DNA of 64,000 nucleotides from Magnetococcales bacterium (GTDB lineage Bacteria; Pseudomonadota; Magnetococcia; Magnetococcales; JADFZT01). A program made the position numbers and the translations under genes. The DNA is taken from contig JADFZT010000013.1 in the NCBI GenBank assembly GCA_015232395.1, positions 1,147-65,146 on the forward strand, given 5' to 3'. Below the pieces are notes generated by a model, which ran no database searches, was not told the origin of the DNA, and worked only from the letters and a program-made list of their open reading frames with translations. Shown piece after piece: positions 9,479-20,419 of this stretch. Within the stretch, counting starts at the first letter, position 1. Each line of letters starts with the position of its first letter.

Positions 9479-12319
9479 TCATTCATTCGCCAGAATGGGG
9501 GAGGCAAAGCGCTCAATGGCTGCCAGGAGATCTTTTTTCTTGATGGGTTTGGTCAGGTGGGCGTTGCAGCCGGCATCAAGGCTTTTTTGGGCGTCGCCAT
9601 CCAGGGCGTGGGCGGTGAGGGAGAGGATGGGGGTGCTTGTTTTGCGTTGGGTATCCTCCCAGGCACGGATGCGGCGGGTAGCCGTATAGCCATCCATCAC
9701 CGGCATCTGCATATCCATGAGAATGAGGTCGAAGGTGTCCTGCTGGATGCGTTGCAAAGCCTGCTGCCCATCCCAGACCATCTCCAATTGGTGGGGGGAG
9801 CGTTTCAAATAGGCCTGAATCAACATCCGGTTGTCTTCGGAATCTTCTACCAGCAAAATTCGCACCCCTTGTGAGCTGAGCGTTGGATCCATCTCCCGGC
9901 TGAGTGTGGCCGGGGAGGCGGGGGGGGCTGCGGGGTTCAGGGGGAGAGTGAAACGAAAGAGACTGCCTTTCCCGGGGGTGCTGGAAACCTGGATATGGCC
10001 CCCCATCAGCGCCACCAGCTGTCGACAGATCGCAAGCCCCAATCCAGTGCCGCCAAAGCGGCGGGTCACCCCGGCATCCGCCTGGGTAAACTTGTCAAAA
10101 ATGGCCTCCTGGTGCTCCAGGGCAATGCCAATGCCGGAATCCCGAACCTGAAAGAGAAGCCTGGGTGTGGGTGCTTCCAGAAGCGTTATCTGAATACTCA
10201 CTTGGCCGGTGTCGGTAAATTTGATGGCATTTTCCACGAGGTTGATCAGCACCTGGCGCAACCGGGAGGAGTCTCCTGCAATATGGGTGGGGATTTCCGA
10301 GGCCATTTCCAGGGTGAGCTCTATCCCTTTATGAGCGGCTTTGGGGGTGAGCATCCCCACCACTTCCGTCGCCAGCTGCCGGGGGTCGAAGGGGATCGAT
10401 TTCAGGTCCAACTGGCCCGCTTCGATTTTGGATAGATCGAGAATGTTGTTGATCAACTCCAGCAAGGAGGCCCCCGCCTGCTGCTGTTTGCTGAGATAGC
10501 CCTTCTGTTCGCTGTCGAGAGGGGTCTCCAGGAGCAGATCTCCCATGCCGATCACCACGTTCATGGGGGTGCGGATTTCGTGGCTCATGGCGGCCAAAAA
10601 TTCGCTCTTGGCGCGATTGGCCTGTTCTGCCTCGGTTTTGGCCCGGGTGAGGGCCTGTTCATCCTGCTTGCGTTCGGTAATGTCCCGCACGATGCCTTCG
10701 ATGGCTATCGGTTGGCCGTCGTCATCCACCACCAGCACGTTGCGTTGATTGAGCCAGCGGGTTTCTCCTGATTGATGGATAATCTGATACTCATAGCTGG
10801 GGGGCATGTGGCCTGAAATCAGATTGCGCCATTCCCGATTAAAATAGTCGTGCCAGTCGGGATGCATGATCTTTTGAACCAAGATGGGGCGGGCATAAAA
10901 TTCTGCGGGGGTATAGCCGGTCAGTTTGGTGATCGCTGGACTGACATATTCATAGCGTCCATCGGGCAGGGACATGCGATAGATGGCGTCCGGGGCATTT
11001 TGGGCCAAGCGGCGGAATCGGGCTTCGTTTTCCCTGGCTTCCCGAAACGCATGGGTGATTTTTTCAAACCAGCCCTGCCAGGCTGAGGGAGCTGTGGGCA
11101 GGTTTGGATCTTTACCGGCGGCTTCCTGGTCGATATGGGCTACCAGAGCCAGAGCCGGATGGATAAAACGCCGGGCAAAGAAAATATAGACCACCACCAG
11201 GGCCATCCCCACCCCCAGGAGCAGAAGCAGTGGCGTGATCAGGTGGCGGCGGAGATCCTTGAGCAGACTCTCTTCCGGCACCACATAGACCAGCTGCCAG
11301 GGAGTGGTGGAGATAGGGGTGTTGAAAATGCGATATCCGGTTAGTGAAACTTCTTTGGGGATTGGGCCAAAGGTCAGGGGGGGTGAGGAAATAGCCAGTT
11401 GATCCGGCAGGAGTTGCTGAAATGAGCGTACGCCGGGTAAGGTTCCCAAATCGATGTGGGAGTGGCCGAGTACTTGGTTTTGCTGGCTGAGCAGATAAAA
11501 ACGCCCTTCGGGATGGGGGGGATGTTTCAAAAATCCACTGAGAAAGCCCAAGGCGATATCCCCGGCCACCACGCCCCGAAATTGATCATCGGTGTAGACC
11601 GGCAGGGCATAACTGATAAAAAGTCCCGCCCCAGCCAGATCCAGATAGACATCGGACCAGTAGGGTAGTCGATGGGGATTGTTTTCCGGCAGGCCCTGGG
11701 TCCAGTAAGGCGCGGTCAAGGCGGCTCCAGCCATGCCGGTGATGTTGCCATAAACCTGTTGGACCTCTTTTTCCAGAATAGGGGGATAGATCGCCCCATA
11801 GACCGGATGGCCCCCTTGAAGGTAGATATAGCTCAAAAACGGGGTGGTTTTGACTGCTGCTACCATAAAGGGCAGGAGTCCCAGGGCGGCATTCAGCTCC
11901 TGGCGCTGGAATTCATTGAGTTGATCCAGCCGACCCAAGCCGTGGAGATTGCCGGTTTCGGCCAGATCCAAATCATGCTGGCCAAACTCCAGGGAAAAAT
12001 AGTTTTCTTCCCGGCGCTCTCCCATCCGGGCAAAGAGCGGGTGGGGTGGGAGGTTGGCCTGGTCTTGCAGCTGGATGGTGGTCAAGTGGTGAAGCTCCAC
12101 CACCCGGTCGATGGCGGCTTGTAGAGCAGCCTCCAGGCGATAGGTGCGGTTGTTCAGGCGTTCCGCCGTCACTTCACTGACCTGGGCGCTTTCCCGGAGA
12201 TATTCCCGGACCCCGGCAGCCAGCAGCACCCCGGCCACAAACAGGGCGATGATCGATGCCCCAAAATAGTAGTGGCGGGAGAGGGGGGCAGGGGGGATAT
12301 TGCCGATTTTTCGCGGCAT
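9479..12319 (-). CDS. Hybrid sensor histidine kinase (TM-periplasmic Cache-like domain-TM-PAS-HisKA-HATPase-REC)
   Basis: H-box [15 protein letters not shown]; HATPase boxes ([29 protein letters not shown]). C-terminal receiver [10 protein letters not shown]...[13 protein letters not shown] segment with a PAC-like [30 protein letters not shown]. Confidence 0.9.
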   Translation of the reverse strand: MPRKIGNIPPAPLSRHYYFGASIIALFVAGVLLAAGVREYLRESAQVSEVTAERLNNRTYRLEAALQAAIDRVVELHHLTTIQLQDQANLPPHPLFARMGERREENYFSLEFGQHDLDLAETGNLHGLGRLDQLNEFQRQELNAALGLLPFMVAAVKTTPFLSYIYLQGGHPVYGAIYPPILEKEVQQVYGNITGMAGAALTAPYWTQGLPENNPHRLPYWSDVYLDLAGAGLFISYALPVYTDDQFRGVVAGDIALGFLSGFLKHPPHPEGRFYLLSQQNQVLGHSHIDLGTLPGVRSFQQLLPDQLAISSPPLTFGPIPKEVSLTGYRIFNTPISTTPWQLVYVVPEESLLKDLRRHLITPLLLLLGVGMALVVVYIFFARRFIHPALALVAHIDQEAAGKDPNLPTAPSAWQGWFEKITHAFREARENEARFRRLAQNAPDAIYRMSLPDGRYEYVSPAITKLTGYTPAEFYARPILVQKIMHPDWHDYFNREWRNLISGHMPPSYEYQIIHQSGETRWLNQRNVLVVDDDGQPIAIEGIVRDITERKQDEQALTRAKTEAEQANRAKSEFLAAMSHEIRTPMNVVIGMGDLLLETPLDSEQKGYLSKQQQAGASLLELINNILDLSKIEAGQLDLKSIPFDPRQLATEVVGMLTPKAAHKGIELTLEMASEIPTHIAGDSSRLRQVLINLVENAIKFTDTGQVSIQITLLEAPTPRLLFQVRDSGIGIALEHQEAIFDKFTQADAGVTRRFGGTGLGLAICRQLVALMGGHIQVSSTPGKGSLFRFTLPLNPAAPPASPATLSREMDPTLSSQGVRILLVEDSEDNRMLIQAYLKRSPHQLEMVWDGQQALQRIQQDTFDLILMDMQMPVMDGYTATRRIRAWEDTQRKTSTPILSLTAHALDGDAQKSLDAGCNAHLTKPIKKKDLLAAIERFASPILANE

Positions 12320-12557
12320 GAAGGAGGAAACCTTGTCGTTTTGGTTTTGAACCTTCGTGACGTTATCTTATCAGAAGGAAAAAATCCAACACTCAGAAGT
12401 GGGATGATCTGGTGGGTGCCCAAGAGAAGGGTGTAAAAACAAATTTGTAGAAATGTCTGTAACAAATTGAAAACCCCCTTTGCCAATTGGTTCAAAATTT
12501 CATAATTTGACATTTGTCGGAAATTCTCTTTTCTCCAAACCCTAATGTAGAGGCGTC

Positions 12558-13058
12558 ATGGCACAAATCACTCTCAAAGGCAATCCCATCAACACCGTTG
12601 GCTCTCTCCCCGCCGTGGGTAGCGATGCTCCTGGCTTTTTGCTCACCAAAACCGACCTGGCGGATGTCCGTCTGGGGGATTATGCGGGCAAGAAGGTCGT
12701 ACTCAATATTTTCCCTTCCGTCGATACCCCGATTTGCGCCGCTTCAGTGCGCCGTTTCAATGCCGATCTTTCCAGCATGGATAACACTGTCGTGTTGTGT
12801 GTTTCCCTGGATCTGCCCTTTGCCTTGTCCCGTTTTTGCGGAGCCGAGGGGCTTGAAGATGTGGTTCCCTGCACCGAGCTGAGAGCCCGGGGTTTTGGTG
12901 AGGCCTACGGCTGCCGGATCGCCGACGGTCCCCTGGCCGGTCTTTTGAGCCGGGCTGTGGTGGTGATCGATGAAAATGGCAAGGTGGTTTACACCCAGCA
13001 GGTGCCTGAAATCGTCGAAGAGCCCGATTATGAAGGGGCCATGAACGCTCTCAAGTAA
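12558..13058 (+). CDS. tpx: Thiol peroxidase (atypical 2-Cys peroxiredoxin Tpx)
   Basis: 166 aa. N-terminus is Tpx-like (ITLKGNPINTVG...APGF). Peroxidatic Cys context FPSVDTPICA; resolving Cys in LPFALSRFCGAEG. Confidence 0.9.
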   Translation: MAQITLKGNPINTVGSLPAVGSDAPGFLLTKTDLADVRLGDYAGKKVVLNIFPSVDTPICAASVRRFNADLSSMDNTVVLCVSLDLPFALSRFCGAEGLEDVVPCTELRARGFGEAYGCRIADGPLAGLLSRAVVVIDENGKVVYTQQVPEIVEEPDYEGAMNALK

Positions 13059-13360
13059 CCCTTGGGGCGGGAGATGGGTGATGTTGGTGGGGCTTCCGGT
13101 GTGGGTATCCAGGGGCTCCACCCATCCCACTCTCTTGGTTTTTTTGATTGATTTTTTAGGGGTTTTTGTCCCCTTCAGGTATTTTATCCATCCTGGGGGG
13201 ATGGTCTGGATCTGCTTGATAAGGGCGTGAAAGTCGTCCTGCTCAAGATAAAATTTGATAGAATGACACTCACCCGGGGAAGGGAAGGATCCCACGGCGG
13301 GTTTCAGAATGGGATGGATGGACGGATCACTCTTTTCCAATCTGACCTGCCCAATCAGGA

Positions 13361-13960
13361 GTGGACCGCATTATGAATGAACGGCAATTCGTAAACCGGC
13401 TTCCGGAGTTGATCGACAAAACCCTGAAACTGATGAAGGAAAAGGGGGTGCCCATCCACCCGTCAGCCCGCAAGGCCCAGGTGTTGGGACGGGAGATGCC
13501 GATTCCGGTCACCTTTGTCGAAGGGGAGAGAGCGGATCTGATCTTTGAAGGGGACGAGATGCCTGCCAATGTGATCCCCATGGATCCCCGGGGGATTCCA
13601 GCCTGGCGACTGGAGGTGGGGGAGGATCTTCTGATGGAGGGGCGTCTGGACCCGGTGGTCAACGCCATCGTGCATCTGTTTCAAGACGCCAACCCAGAGG
13701 AAAAAGCCGCCTTTTCCCGGCTGGAAAAAGAGGGGGAGACGCGCCAAAATCATCCTTTGGAGATGGTGGCCGCCTTTATTCAGGGGGTCTATCGCTTTAC
13801 CTACAATAAAAATACCGTCAAAGGGCTCTTTTTCTATTGCCGGATGAACGATATCAAAAATGGCGACCGCTTACACGAAGCCACATCCCTCTCAGGAAAA
13901 AGATACCATCCTGAACACGCTCGTGTTTTCAACGAAATCTGTCGCACGACCATTTTTTGA
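13361..13960 (+). CDS. Hypothetical protein (199 aa)
   Basis: ORF with coding-like composition, ending at a strong bidirectional terminator. I recognise no family. Confidence 0.55.
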   Translation: MDRIMNERQFVNRLPELIDKTLKLMKEKGVPIHPSARKAQVLGREMPIPVTFVEGERADLIFEGDEMPANVIPMDPRGIPAWRLEVGEDLLMEGRLDPVVNAIVHLFQDANPEEKAAFSRLEKEGETRQNHPLEMVAAFIQGVYRFTYNKNTVKGLFFYCRMNDIKNGDRLHEATSLSGKRYHPEHARVFNEICRTTIF

Positions 13961-13986
13961 CTGAAGCTGGATCCTGATTAAAAAAA

Positions 13987-14019
13987 AGAGCTTGGGGAAA
14001 GAGACCTCCCCCAAGCTCT
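13987..14019. terminator. Bidirectional rho-independent terminator between convergent genes
   Basis: 11-bp perfect stem AGAGCTTGGGG / CCCCAAGCTCT, flanked by an A-run (13981-13987) and a T-run (14019-14027). Confidence 0.7.
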
Positions 14020-14046
14020 TTTTTTTTGGTGTGTTTGCAGCCAAAA

Positions 14047-14910
14047 TCAAAGCGTGGATTGATAGATGGTGGGGGCTACCTGCACCAGGGGGACATCCAA
14101 TCGGTTGAGGGTTTCGGAGTGGCCAATGAAAAAATAGCCCCCGGAAATCAGGTTGCGGCAGAGCTTGTTGACCACTGATTCAGCGGTGGGCCGGTCGAAA
14201 TAGATCAGGCAATTCCGACAAAAAATGATGTCCATGGTTTGCTGGATGCGATAGTCATTATCCAAAAAATTGAGATGGCTGAATTTCACCATGGAACGGA
14301 TATCCCGGTTCATCCGCACCCTGGGGTTGGAGCGGTCCTTGCTTTTGAGCATATATTTTTTCTTGAGGGCCATGGGGACCGGATCGGCCCGCTTCATGTC
14401 GTAGATGGCGTCACTGGCGTGTTTCAAGGCGCGTGTGGAGAGGTCTGTTCCCAAAATTTGTGCCCGATAGTTACCCACCCTGGCTGCAAACTCCTGAATG
14501 ACCATCGCCATGGTATAGGGCTCCTCACCGGTGGAGCAGGGGGCGCTCCATATATGGAGGGGGCGACTGCTGCCAGCGCCCTTTTGCATCAAATCGGGCA
14601 GAGCCGTTTGGGTCATGAACTCGAAATGCTTGGGCTCCCGGAAAAAATCGGTTTTGTTGGTGGTGACGATATCGACAAAGTTGGTCAGCTCGTTTCTGCT
14701 GTCGTTGGGGTTGAGCACCAGATCGACATATTCGGTGAAGGTTTGCAGATTTAACGTCCGTAGGCGTTTTTGAATCCGGGCGGTGAGCATCGATTTTTTC
14801 GACATGGGCATCTGAATGCCACAGCTGGCCTCGATAAATTCGCTGAGGCGCTTGAATTCCTTGTCGGAAAGTCCACCCTGATTGAGTACGACTCGATTGG
14901 TTTGATTCAT
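14047..14910 (-). CDS. cheR: Chemotaxis protein-glutamate O-methyltransferase CheR
   Basis: 287 aa. N-terminal helical domain (FKRLSEFIEASCGIQMP), then a SAM-MTase core (TNKTDFFREPKHFEF, IWSAPCSTGEEPYTMAM, IFCRNCLIYFD). Confidence 0.9.
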   Translation of the reverse strand: MNQTNRVVLNQGGLSDKEFKRLSEFIEASCGIQMPMSKKSMLTARIQKRLRTLNLQTFTEYVDLVLNPNDSRNELTNFVDIVTTNKTDFFREPKHFEFMTQTALPDLMQKGAGSSRPLHIWSAPCSTGEEPYTMAMVIQEFAARVGNYRAQILGTDLSTRALKHASDAIYDMKRADPVPMALKKKYMLKSKDRSNPRVRMNRDIRSMVKFSHLNFLDNDYRIQQTMDIIFCRNCLIYFDRPTAESVVNKLCRNLISGGYFFIGHSETLNRLDVPLVQVAPTIYQSTL

Positions 14911-15306
14911 TTTCCGGCTCTGGCGTCCTGCTTTGAGTTGAATAAAACGGCTTCCTCTCCAGCATCTGGAGGGCTATTCGGGTGTCACGGACAGATTTTC
15001 CCCCGGGGCCGTTATTTGCGCTGAATGATGCAGAATTTCCTGAACATTCCACTGTAGCTCTTCTGGAACATCTTGGCAACTTGCCTGATTCATGCTCTGA
15101 ATAGTGTTCTTCCTTGGGGGTGGAACAGGGGCTGAAAATGGGGGGTGTGTCAGGCAATAAAACAATTTTGTTGGCTATGTTTTTTGCTGTTGAAATAATA
15201 TGGCAGGATGTGCCAATGGAAATCTGTCTTGGAAAAAACGATAAACTTCCTGCTGGGAGTTGTTGGAAGATTTATATTTTAAGTTTCATGGTGTGAGGGG
15301 GGGAAG

Positions 15307-18300
15307 ATGATCAAGTCTCATATTGTCCGGGCCATTTCCATGGGGTTGGCAGCTGTTTTGTTTCACTGTTTGACCTCACAGGCCTTGGCCTCGGTTACAG
15401 CTGAACCGGGCTGGCGTTACAACCGGGGCAACCTGGCAGCCACCTTTGCCGATGAGACTGAATATCTGGCCCAGAGCAACGGTTTTAACGAGGTGTGGTC
15501 GGTCTCCACCGGGGGATCCAATATTTCCGTCAGGACCGGGGATGTGACCGGGGATGGCGAGCTGAATATCGTGGCGGTGAGCACCGCTGGTTTGCAGGTT
15601 TTTGATGTTGAGGGACGCCAGACCAACCAAACAGCGGCTCTGAGTGTGACGCCCTACCCATCGATTCTTGAGGATGTTGATGACGATGGGGTGTTGGAAA
15701 TTCTCTATGGCACCTCCAGCTCTTCGGATCTGCGGATATTCATCCACAACGGGGACGGCTCCCTACAGCAGGAGGTGATCCGGTCAGCTACCAGCGGTTA
15801 CGACGCTTCGGTGCGTCCTGTCGCCTACCTGGGGGATGACCGGCTGTTGGTCTCCTATACTGCCGGTTACTCTAAGGATCCCAGGGGGTTTGGGGTTTTT
15901 GATCTCTCCCAGGGAGAGAATGGTGAGGAACTTTGGTATTACGATATCGGCCCCGTGTCGGGAGAAATGTCGGTGGTGGATACCGATGGCGATGGGGTGA
16001 TGGAAATGACCCCCTATCTCTTTTCCGCCCACAATGGAGCCACCGGCTACGGGGTGTCAGAGACGGGGAGCTATACCAGTGATTATTGGCTCTATGCGAT
16101 TTTGGTGAATGAAAATGGTGAGGAGTTGCTGTCGCAAAAGCTTACCAGTGATGCTAAGGGAGGCAGCCAGCAGGTGCTGGCCGATCTGGATAACGACGGC
16201 ACCTATGGAATCGTCGCCACCGTAGGGCACTATTCCTCCTATCCGGGGGAAGCCACCATCCAGCATCTCTCTCTGGATGGCACCCTGCTGGCCGAGGTCT
16301 CCATGGGGGATGACAACGCCCCCACCTATGCCATTGCAGATTTGGAAGGGGATGGGGATCAGGAGATCATCGCTACGGGTCGCACGGATGACATCGTGCA
16401 TATCTTTGACCACAATCTCAACTTGCTGTGGCGCAGTGAGGAGGGGTTGACCAGTGGCAGCCTGGCAGGGGTTGTGGATGTGGATGGGGATGGGGTCAAG
16501 GAAATCTTTGTCCGGGATGGCACGACGCTGGATCTGCTGGATGGCGACCCGGCCAGTGGTTATACCCCGGTCTGGTCGGTCACGCTGTCAGAATCGATCA
16601 GTCAGGTGATTCCCGGGGATCTTGATGAGGATGGACGGGCAGAGATCGTGGTCTACACCTCCACCGGCTCAATCCACTATTTTAATACCAGCCTCCCCAT
16701 CATCGACGAGATAACCGATGGCACCTTTACCACCAGCCAATCCATTGAACTGACCTGTCACAATTCGGAAATTCCCTGTGTGGCCATCTATTACACCCTG
16801 GATGGCAGCGACCCCACGACGAGTGCCACCCGCCTGACCTACACCGACGGCAACCCCATTGTGCTCACGGAAAACGCCACTCTGCACTATGTGGCCTTGG
16901 GGGATGACGGTTATTATGGGGATGTAGCGGTGGGCACCTTCATCATCGACCAATCTCCGCCGGAATTGACCCTGCTGGAACCCATTGAAGGGGGGATCTA
17001 CGGGGTGTTGCGTTATATCGAGGGCGAAGCGGAGGATGTTGGCTCGGGCATCAAGGAGATTCGGGTTCTCTTTTGGGATGGTTTTGATTATGCCCTGGGA
17101 GATGAAACCATCGTGGATTGGGACGATGAAGAGCCCACCACCTGGCCTTTGGCATCGGATCAAAGTGCTGGGGAGGACGCGGCTTGGTCCAGCTGGAAAT
17201 ATAGTCTGTTCGGGGCGAGCCTTCAGGATGGCTCGGACTATCTGCTGAGTGTCCAGGCGGAAGATAATGTCGGCAACATCACCACGGTGGGGCCCTTTGC
17301 CTTTACCATTCACAGCGGTGATGCCTATCCCACGGAGATCTCCATCGCTCTGTCCAGCAATGCCATTTTGCCTGATGAGAGCGTCAGCGGCACCGGGAAT
17401 CTCACCCGGGTGGGATCCACTGATTCGGATCTGACCGGTATCTCCATCACCCTCACCATACGGGATCCCGATGGCAATCTGGTGGAGAGCCAGGAGGTCA
17501 CCACGGAAAATCTCTACGGTCACTTCTCCATTCCTGATCTCACGGGCTTCGACGAAGAGGGCTATTACACCATCGAAGCGGTTTTTGATGGCAACGCCAT
17601 GCTGATGACGAGCTCCGGATCGACGACACTCTATGTCGGGCCTTCAGCGGGATATGCCATCCTGGTGGAAGGCAAGATCGAGAGTGAGGAGGGGCTGGAA
17701 TCCCATAATCTGACCACCAACCACATCTACGACCATTTTATCGACCGGGGCTTCAAGACCGAGGATATTCAATATTTCAACTATGACCCCAGCCAGGAGG
17801 GGGTGACGGCCCTTCCCTCCAAAACCGCCATTGAAGAGGCCGTTACTGTTTGGGCCTTGGAAAAAATGACAGACGTGGCGGCACCGCTCTATCTGGTGAT
17901 GGTGGATCACGGCAGCATCAGTCAATTTCACCTGGATGATGAAACCATCACCCCGGATGAGCTGGATGATTGGCTGGATACCTTGGAAGCGGGGCTGGTG
18001 CTCTCCAACCCGGATGCCCTGGATGCAGAGCGGGTGGTGATCATCGGGGCGTGCTATTCCGGGAGCTTTATCGAAGAGGTTTCCAAGTCGGGCCGGGTGA
18101 TGATCACCAGCGCTGCTGAAGATGAGGTCTCCTATAAAGGCGCACTGGTACAGCCCGACCCGGATGAAGACCCCAATGGCACCCCGGTACGGGTGGGTGA
18201 ATTTTTTCTGGAGGAGCTGTTCGGGGCGTTGAGCCAGGGCGTCACGCTGATGGAGGCTTTTATCACCGCTACCGAATCCACCGAGACCTACACCCGGGGG

Positions 18301-19998
18301 ACCACCGCCAGCAGCAACGCCTTGACCCCTCTCGATGATGGTGCGAGGCAACACCCCCAGCTGGATGATAACGGCGATGGCATCGGCTCCAATGATCTCG
18401 ATGATGCCGGTTCGGGGGATGGGGCCGTGGCGGAATTTCTCTATCTGGGTGGGGAGGGGTGGCATTTGACCAACTCTGCGGATAACCCTGCTGAAATAAC
18501 CGAGGTTACCCCAACCCTCTATTTGGATGCCGATGAATCCTCCGGCGAGGTGTGGTTCAGGGCCAACGATGATGGGGAGGTCGCTTGGGGCTGGGTGGAG
18601 ATTCGCAAGCCCGGCAAGGAACTGGATGCAGCCGACGGCACCGAAACCGGACAGGTGGATCCGGATCTGCCCTGGGAATTTTTGGATCTGGATGCCGATG
18701 GCCTCTGGCGGCTGACCTACGATGGATTCAGTGAGTCGGGTCAGTATGAGTTGTACTATTATGTGCAGGATCTGGAGACCCTGGACACCTCTCCCATGGT
18801 GCGCTCGGTGGTCTATAAAAATCACACCGATAACGCCTCCCCATCGAGCTTTGATCTCACCGCGCCACCCACCCTTCCCGACACAGTGCGCACGGCGGTG
18901 GCTTTTGAATGGGACGCGGCGAGCGATCCGGACGGGGATGCCCTCTCTTACAATTTGGTGATTGCCGGGGATGTGCAATTTGAGGAAGAGGTCTATCGGC
19001 AGGAGGGGCTGCTCAACCCGGTCACATTTGTGGATGCCTCAGCGGGACTTGAAGATTCCAGTATCTATTTTTGGCGGGTGGAGGCGGTGGATGTATATGG
19101 TGCTGTCACCACCAGCGGCACCCGGGTTTTTCAGACCGACAACACCAACGATCTCCTCGGCACCTTGACCGGCAATATTTATGACGTGGATTCCAACGAG
19201 CCGGTGATTGGTGCTCAAATCGAGGCGGTATCGGCGGATGGTACCACCACTGTCACCACCGAGAGCCAAGCGCCTTATGGCAGTTATCTCCTCTCCCAAA
19301 TGCCCGGGGAGGTGGATTTGGCCATTGTGGCGGATGGTTATTCCGATCAATCCCTGGAAGTGAGCCTGCCGGAGTTGGATGTGGTGCGTTCCAATATTTC
19401 TCTGGAGGCCAGCTGTGATCCCCCCACCACCTTCAGCGATGTCTCTTGCAGGCGCTGGGGCTATTCATCTATCGAAACCCTCGGGGAAAATGCGATTACC
19501 AGTGGTTGTGATTCGGAAAACTATTGCCCGGACAATGAGCTGATGCGCTCGGAGATGGCCATCTTTCTGCTGCGTGGCATCGAAGGATCGAGCTATGCCC
19601 CTCCAACCGCTACCGGGACGGTGTTTGATGATGTGGTTTCCAATTATTGGGCTGGGAGCTATGTAGAAGAGTTTGCAGATCGGGGGATTACCAGTGGTTG
19701 CGATGCTTCCAATTTTTGTCCCAGCCGCAACATCACCCGGGCGGAGATGGCGATCTTCCTGGTGCGCGCCATTTATGGCACGGGTTACGCTCCCTCCGCC
19801 GCTACCGGGACGGTTTATGGGGATATCTCTTCCAGCTACTGGGCGGCGTCTTACATCGAACAACTCGCCTCGGATGGCATCCTGGATGACACCCTGGACA
19901 CCACCCGGGCGTGTGACACAGGCAACTTCTGTCCCAGCTTGACCATCAACCGGGCGGAGATGGCGGTTTGGCTGGTGAAGGCGTTTGAGTTGGAGTGA
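15307..19998 (+). CDS. Secreted multidomain protein: 7 FG-GAP/VCBS repeats, chitobiase-type Ig/FN3 domains, clan-CD (C13 legumain-like) cysteine peptidase, CarboxypepD_reg-like domain, 3 C-terminal SLH domains
   Basis: Signal peptide. Seven repeated DxDGDGxxE motifs (e.g. TGDVTGDGELNIVA, VDVDGDGVKEIFV). His/Cys dyad contexts MVDHGS and VIIGACYSGSFIE. Three ~60-aa SLH-like repeats (F.DV...W....IE.L...GITSGC....FCP....TRAEMA.FLVRA). Confidence 0.8.
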   Translation: MIKSHIVRAISMGLAAVLFHCLTSQALASVTAEPGWRYNRGNLAATFADETEYLAQSNGFNEVWSVSTGGSNISVRTGDVTGDGELNIVAVSTAGLQVFDVEGRQTNQTAALSVTPYPSILEDVDDDGVLEILYGTSSSSDLRIFIHNGDGSLQQEVIRSATSGYDASVRPVAYLGDDRLLVSYTAGYSKDPRGFGVFDLSQGENGEELWYYDIGPVSGEMSVVDTDGDGVMEMTPYLFSAHNGATGYGVSETGSYTSDYWLYAILVNENGEELLSQKLTSDAKGGSQQVLADLDNDGTYGIVATVGHYSSYPGEATIQHLSLDGTLLAEVSMGDDNAPTYAIADLEGDGDQEIIATGRTDDIVHIFDHNLNLLWRSEEGLTSGSLAGVVDVDGDGVKEIFVRDGTTLDLLDGDPASGYTPVWSVTLSESISQVIPGDLDEDGRAEIVVYTSTGSIHYFNTSLPIIDEITDGTFTTSQSIELTCHNSEIPCVAIYYTLDGSDPTTSATRLTYTDGNPIVLTENATLHYVALGDDGYYGDVAVGTFIIDQSPPELTLLEPIEGGIYGVLRYIEGEAEDVGSGIKEIRVLFWDGFDYALGDETIVDWDDEEPTTWPLASDQSAGEDAAWSSWKYSLFGASLQDGSDYLLSVQAEDNVGNITTVGPFAFTIHSGDAYPTEISIALSSNAILPDESVSGTGNLTRVGSTDSDLTGISITLTIRDPDGNLVESQEVTTENLYGHFSIPDLTGFDEEGYYTIEAVFDGNAMLMTSSGSTTLYVGPSAGYAILVEGKIESEEGLESHNLTTNHIYDHFIDRGFKTEDIQYFNYDPSQEGVTALPSKTAIEEAVTVWALEKMTDVAAPLYLVMVDHGSISQFHLDDETITPDELDDWLDTLEAGLVLSNPDALDAERVVIIGACYSGSFIEEVSKSGRVMITSAAEDEVSYKGALVQPDPDEDPNGTPVRVGEFFLEELFGALSQGVTLMEAFITATESTETYTRGTTASSNALTPLDDGARQHPQLDDNGDGIGSNDLDDAGSGDGAVAEFLYLGGEGWHLTNSADNPAEITEVTPTLYLDADESSGEVWFRANDDGEVAWGWVEIRKPGKELDAADGTETGQVDPDLPWEFLDLDADGLWRLTYDGFSESGQYELYYYVQDLETLDTSPMVRSVVYKNHTDNASPSSFDLTAPPTLPDTVRTAVAFEWDAASDPDGDALSYNLVIAGDVQFEEEVYRQEGLLNPVTFVDASAGLEDSSIYFWRVEAVDVYGAVTTSGTRVFQTDNTNDLLGTLTGNIYDVDSNEPVIGAQIEAVSADGTTTVTTESQAPYGSYLLSQMPGEVDLAIVADGYSDQSLEVSLPELDVVRSNISLEASCDPPTTFSDVSCRRWGYSSIETLGENAITSGCDSENYCPDNELMRSEMAIFLLRGIEGSSYAPPTATGTVFDDVVSNYWAGSYVEEFADRGITSGCDASNFCPSRNITRAEMAIFLVRAIYGTGYAPSAATGTVYGDISSSYWAASYIEQLASDGILDDTLDTTRACDTGNFCPSLTINRAEMAVWLVKAFELE

Positions 19999-20024
19999 TC
20001 GGGTTTTTAGAACGGTCGTAATCA

Positions 20025-20083
20025 GGGCGTTCGGTCTGGCGTGACCGGATGGAATAGCGGTCAGGAGTTGACCGAACGCCCTA
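20025..20083 (+). terminator. Long hairpin followed by a T-run downstream of the 1563-aa gene
   Basis: 13-bp perfect arms AGGGCGTTCGGTC (20025-20037) and GACCGAACGCCCT (20071-20083), then AGTTTTT. The right arm overlaps the 3' end of the convergent gene. Confidence 0.4.
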
Positions 20084-20372
20084 GTTTTTCCTCGACACTT
20101 TGGATTTTGCCCACCAAGCGGTTTTGCTGACCTTTGCGGCAGTCGGCCTTAATGGAAATCGTGATGCGGTTGCAGTCGCTCTGCATCCGTTCATAGCACT
20201 CTTTAACCACCGCCATCACCTCATCCCACTCCCCCTCCAGGCAGGTGCCCATGGGGCCCAGTTTGTAAGCCACACCGCTCTTGTCGATGATATCCAGGGA
20301 ACGGGATACGTAGGCGCTGACACTCTCCCCTTTGTCCAGGGGGGTCATGGAAAATTCAAGTAGTACACTCAT
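20061..20372 (-). CDS. MTH1187/YkoF-family (UPF0045) thiamine-binding-like protein
   Basis: 103 aa. EFSMTPLDKGESVSAYVSRSLDIIDKSGVAYKLGPMGTCLEGEWDEV matches the family signature as I remember it. Confidence 0.75.
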   Translation of the reverse strand: MSVLLEFSMTPLDKGESVSAYVSRSLDIIDKSGVAYKLGPMGTCLEGEWDEVMAVVKECYERMQSDCNRITISIKADCRKGQQNRLVGKIQSVEEKLGRSVNS

Positions 20373-20419
20373 CGGCTCTCTCCTGAAAAGAGTTGGGAAT
20401 GGGGTCTGTTTGGTTGGGG

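Noticed and set aside
12744-13340. 198-aa minus-strand ORF; its N-terminal ~90 aa lie in the tpx-downstream spacer
   Set aside because: The C-terminal two-thirds is antisense to tpx. The N-terminal part (MEKSDPSIHPILK...KKSIKKTKRVGW) has no motif I recognise, so a real small gene there cannot be supported.
16669-18978. 284-aa and 444-aa minus-strand ORFs inside the 1563-aa gene
   Set aside because: Antisense shadows. The plus strand has coherent domain architecture over the whole span.
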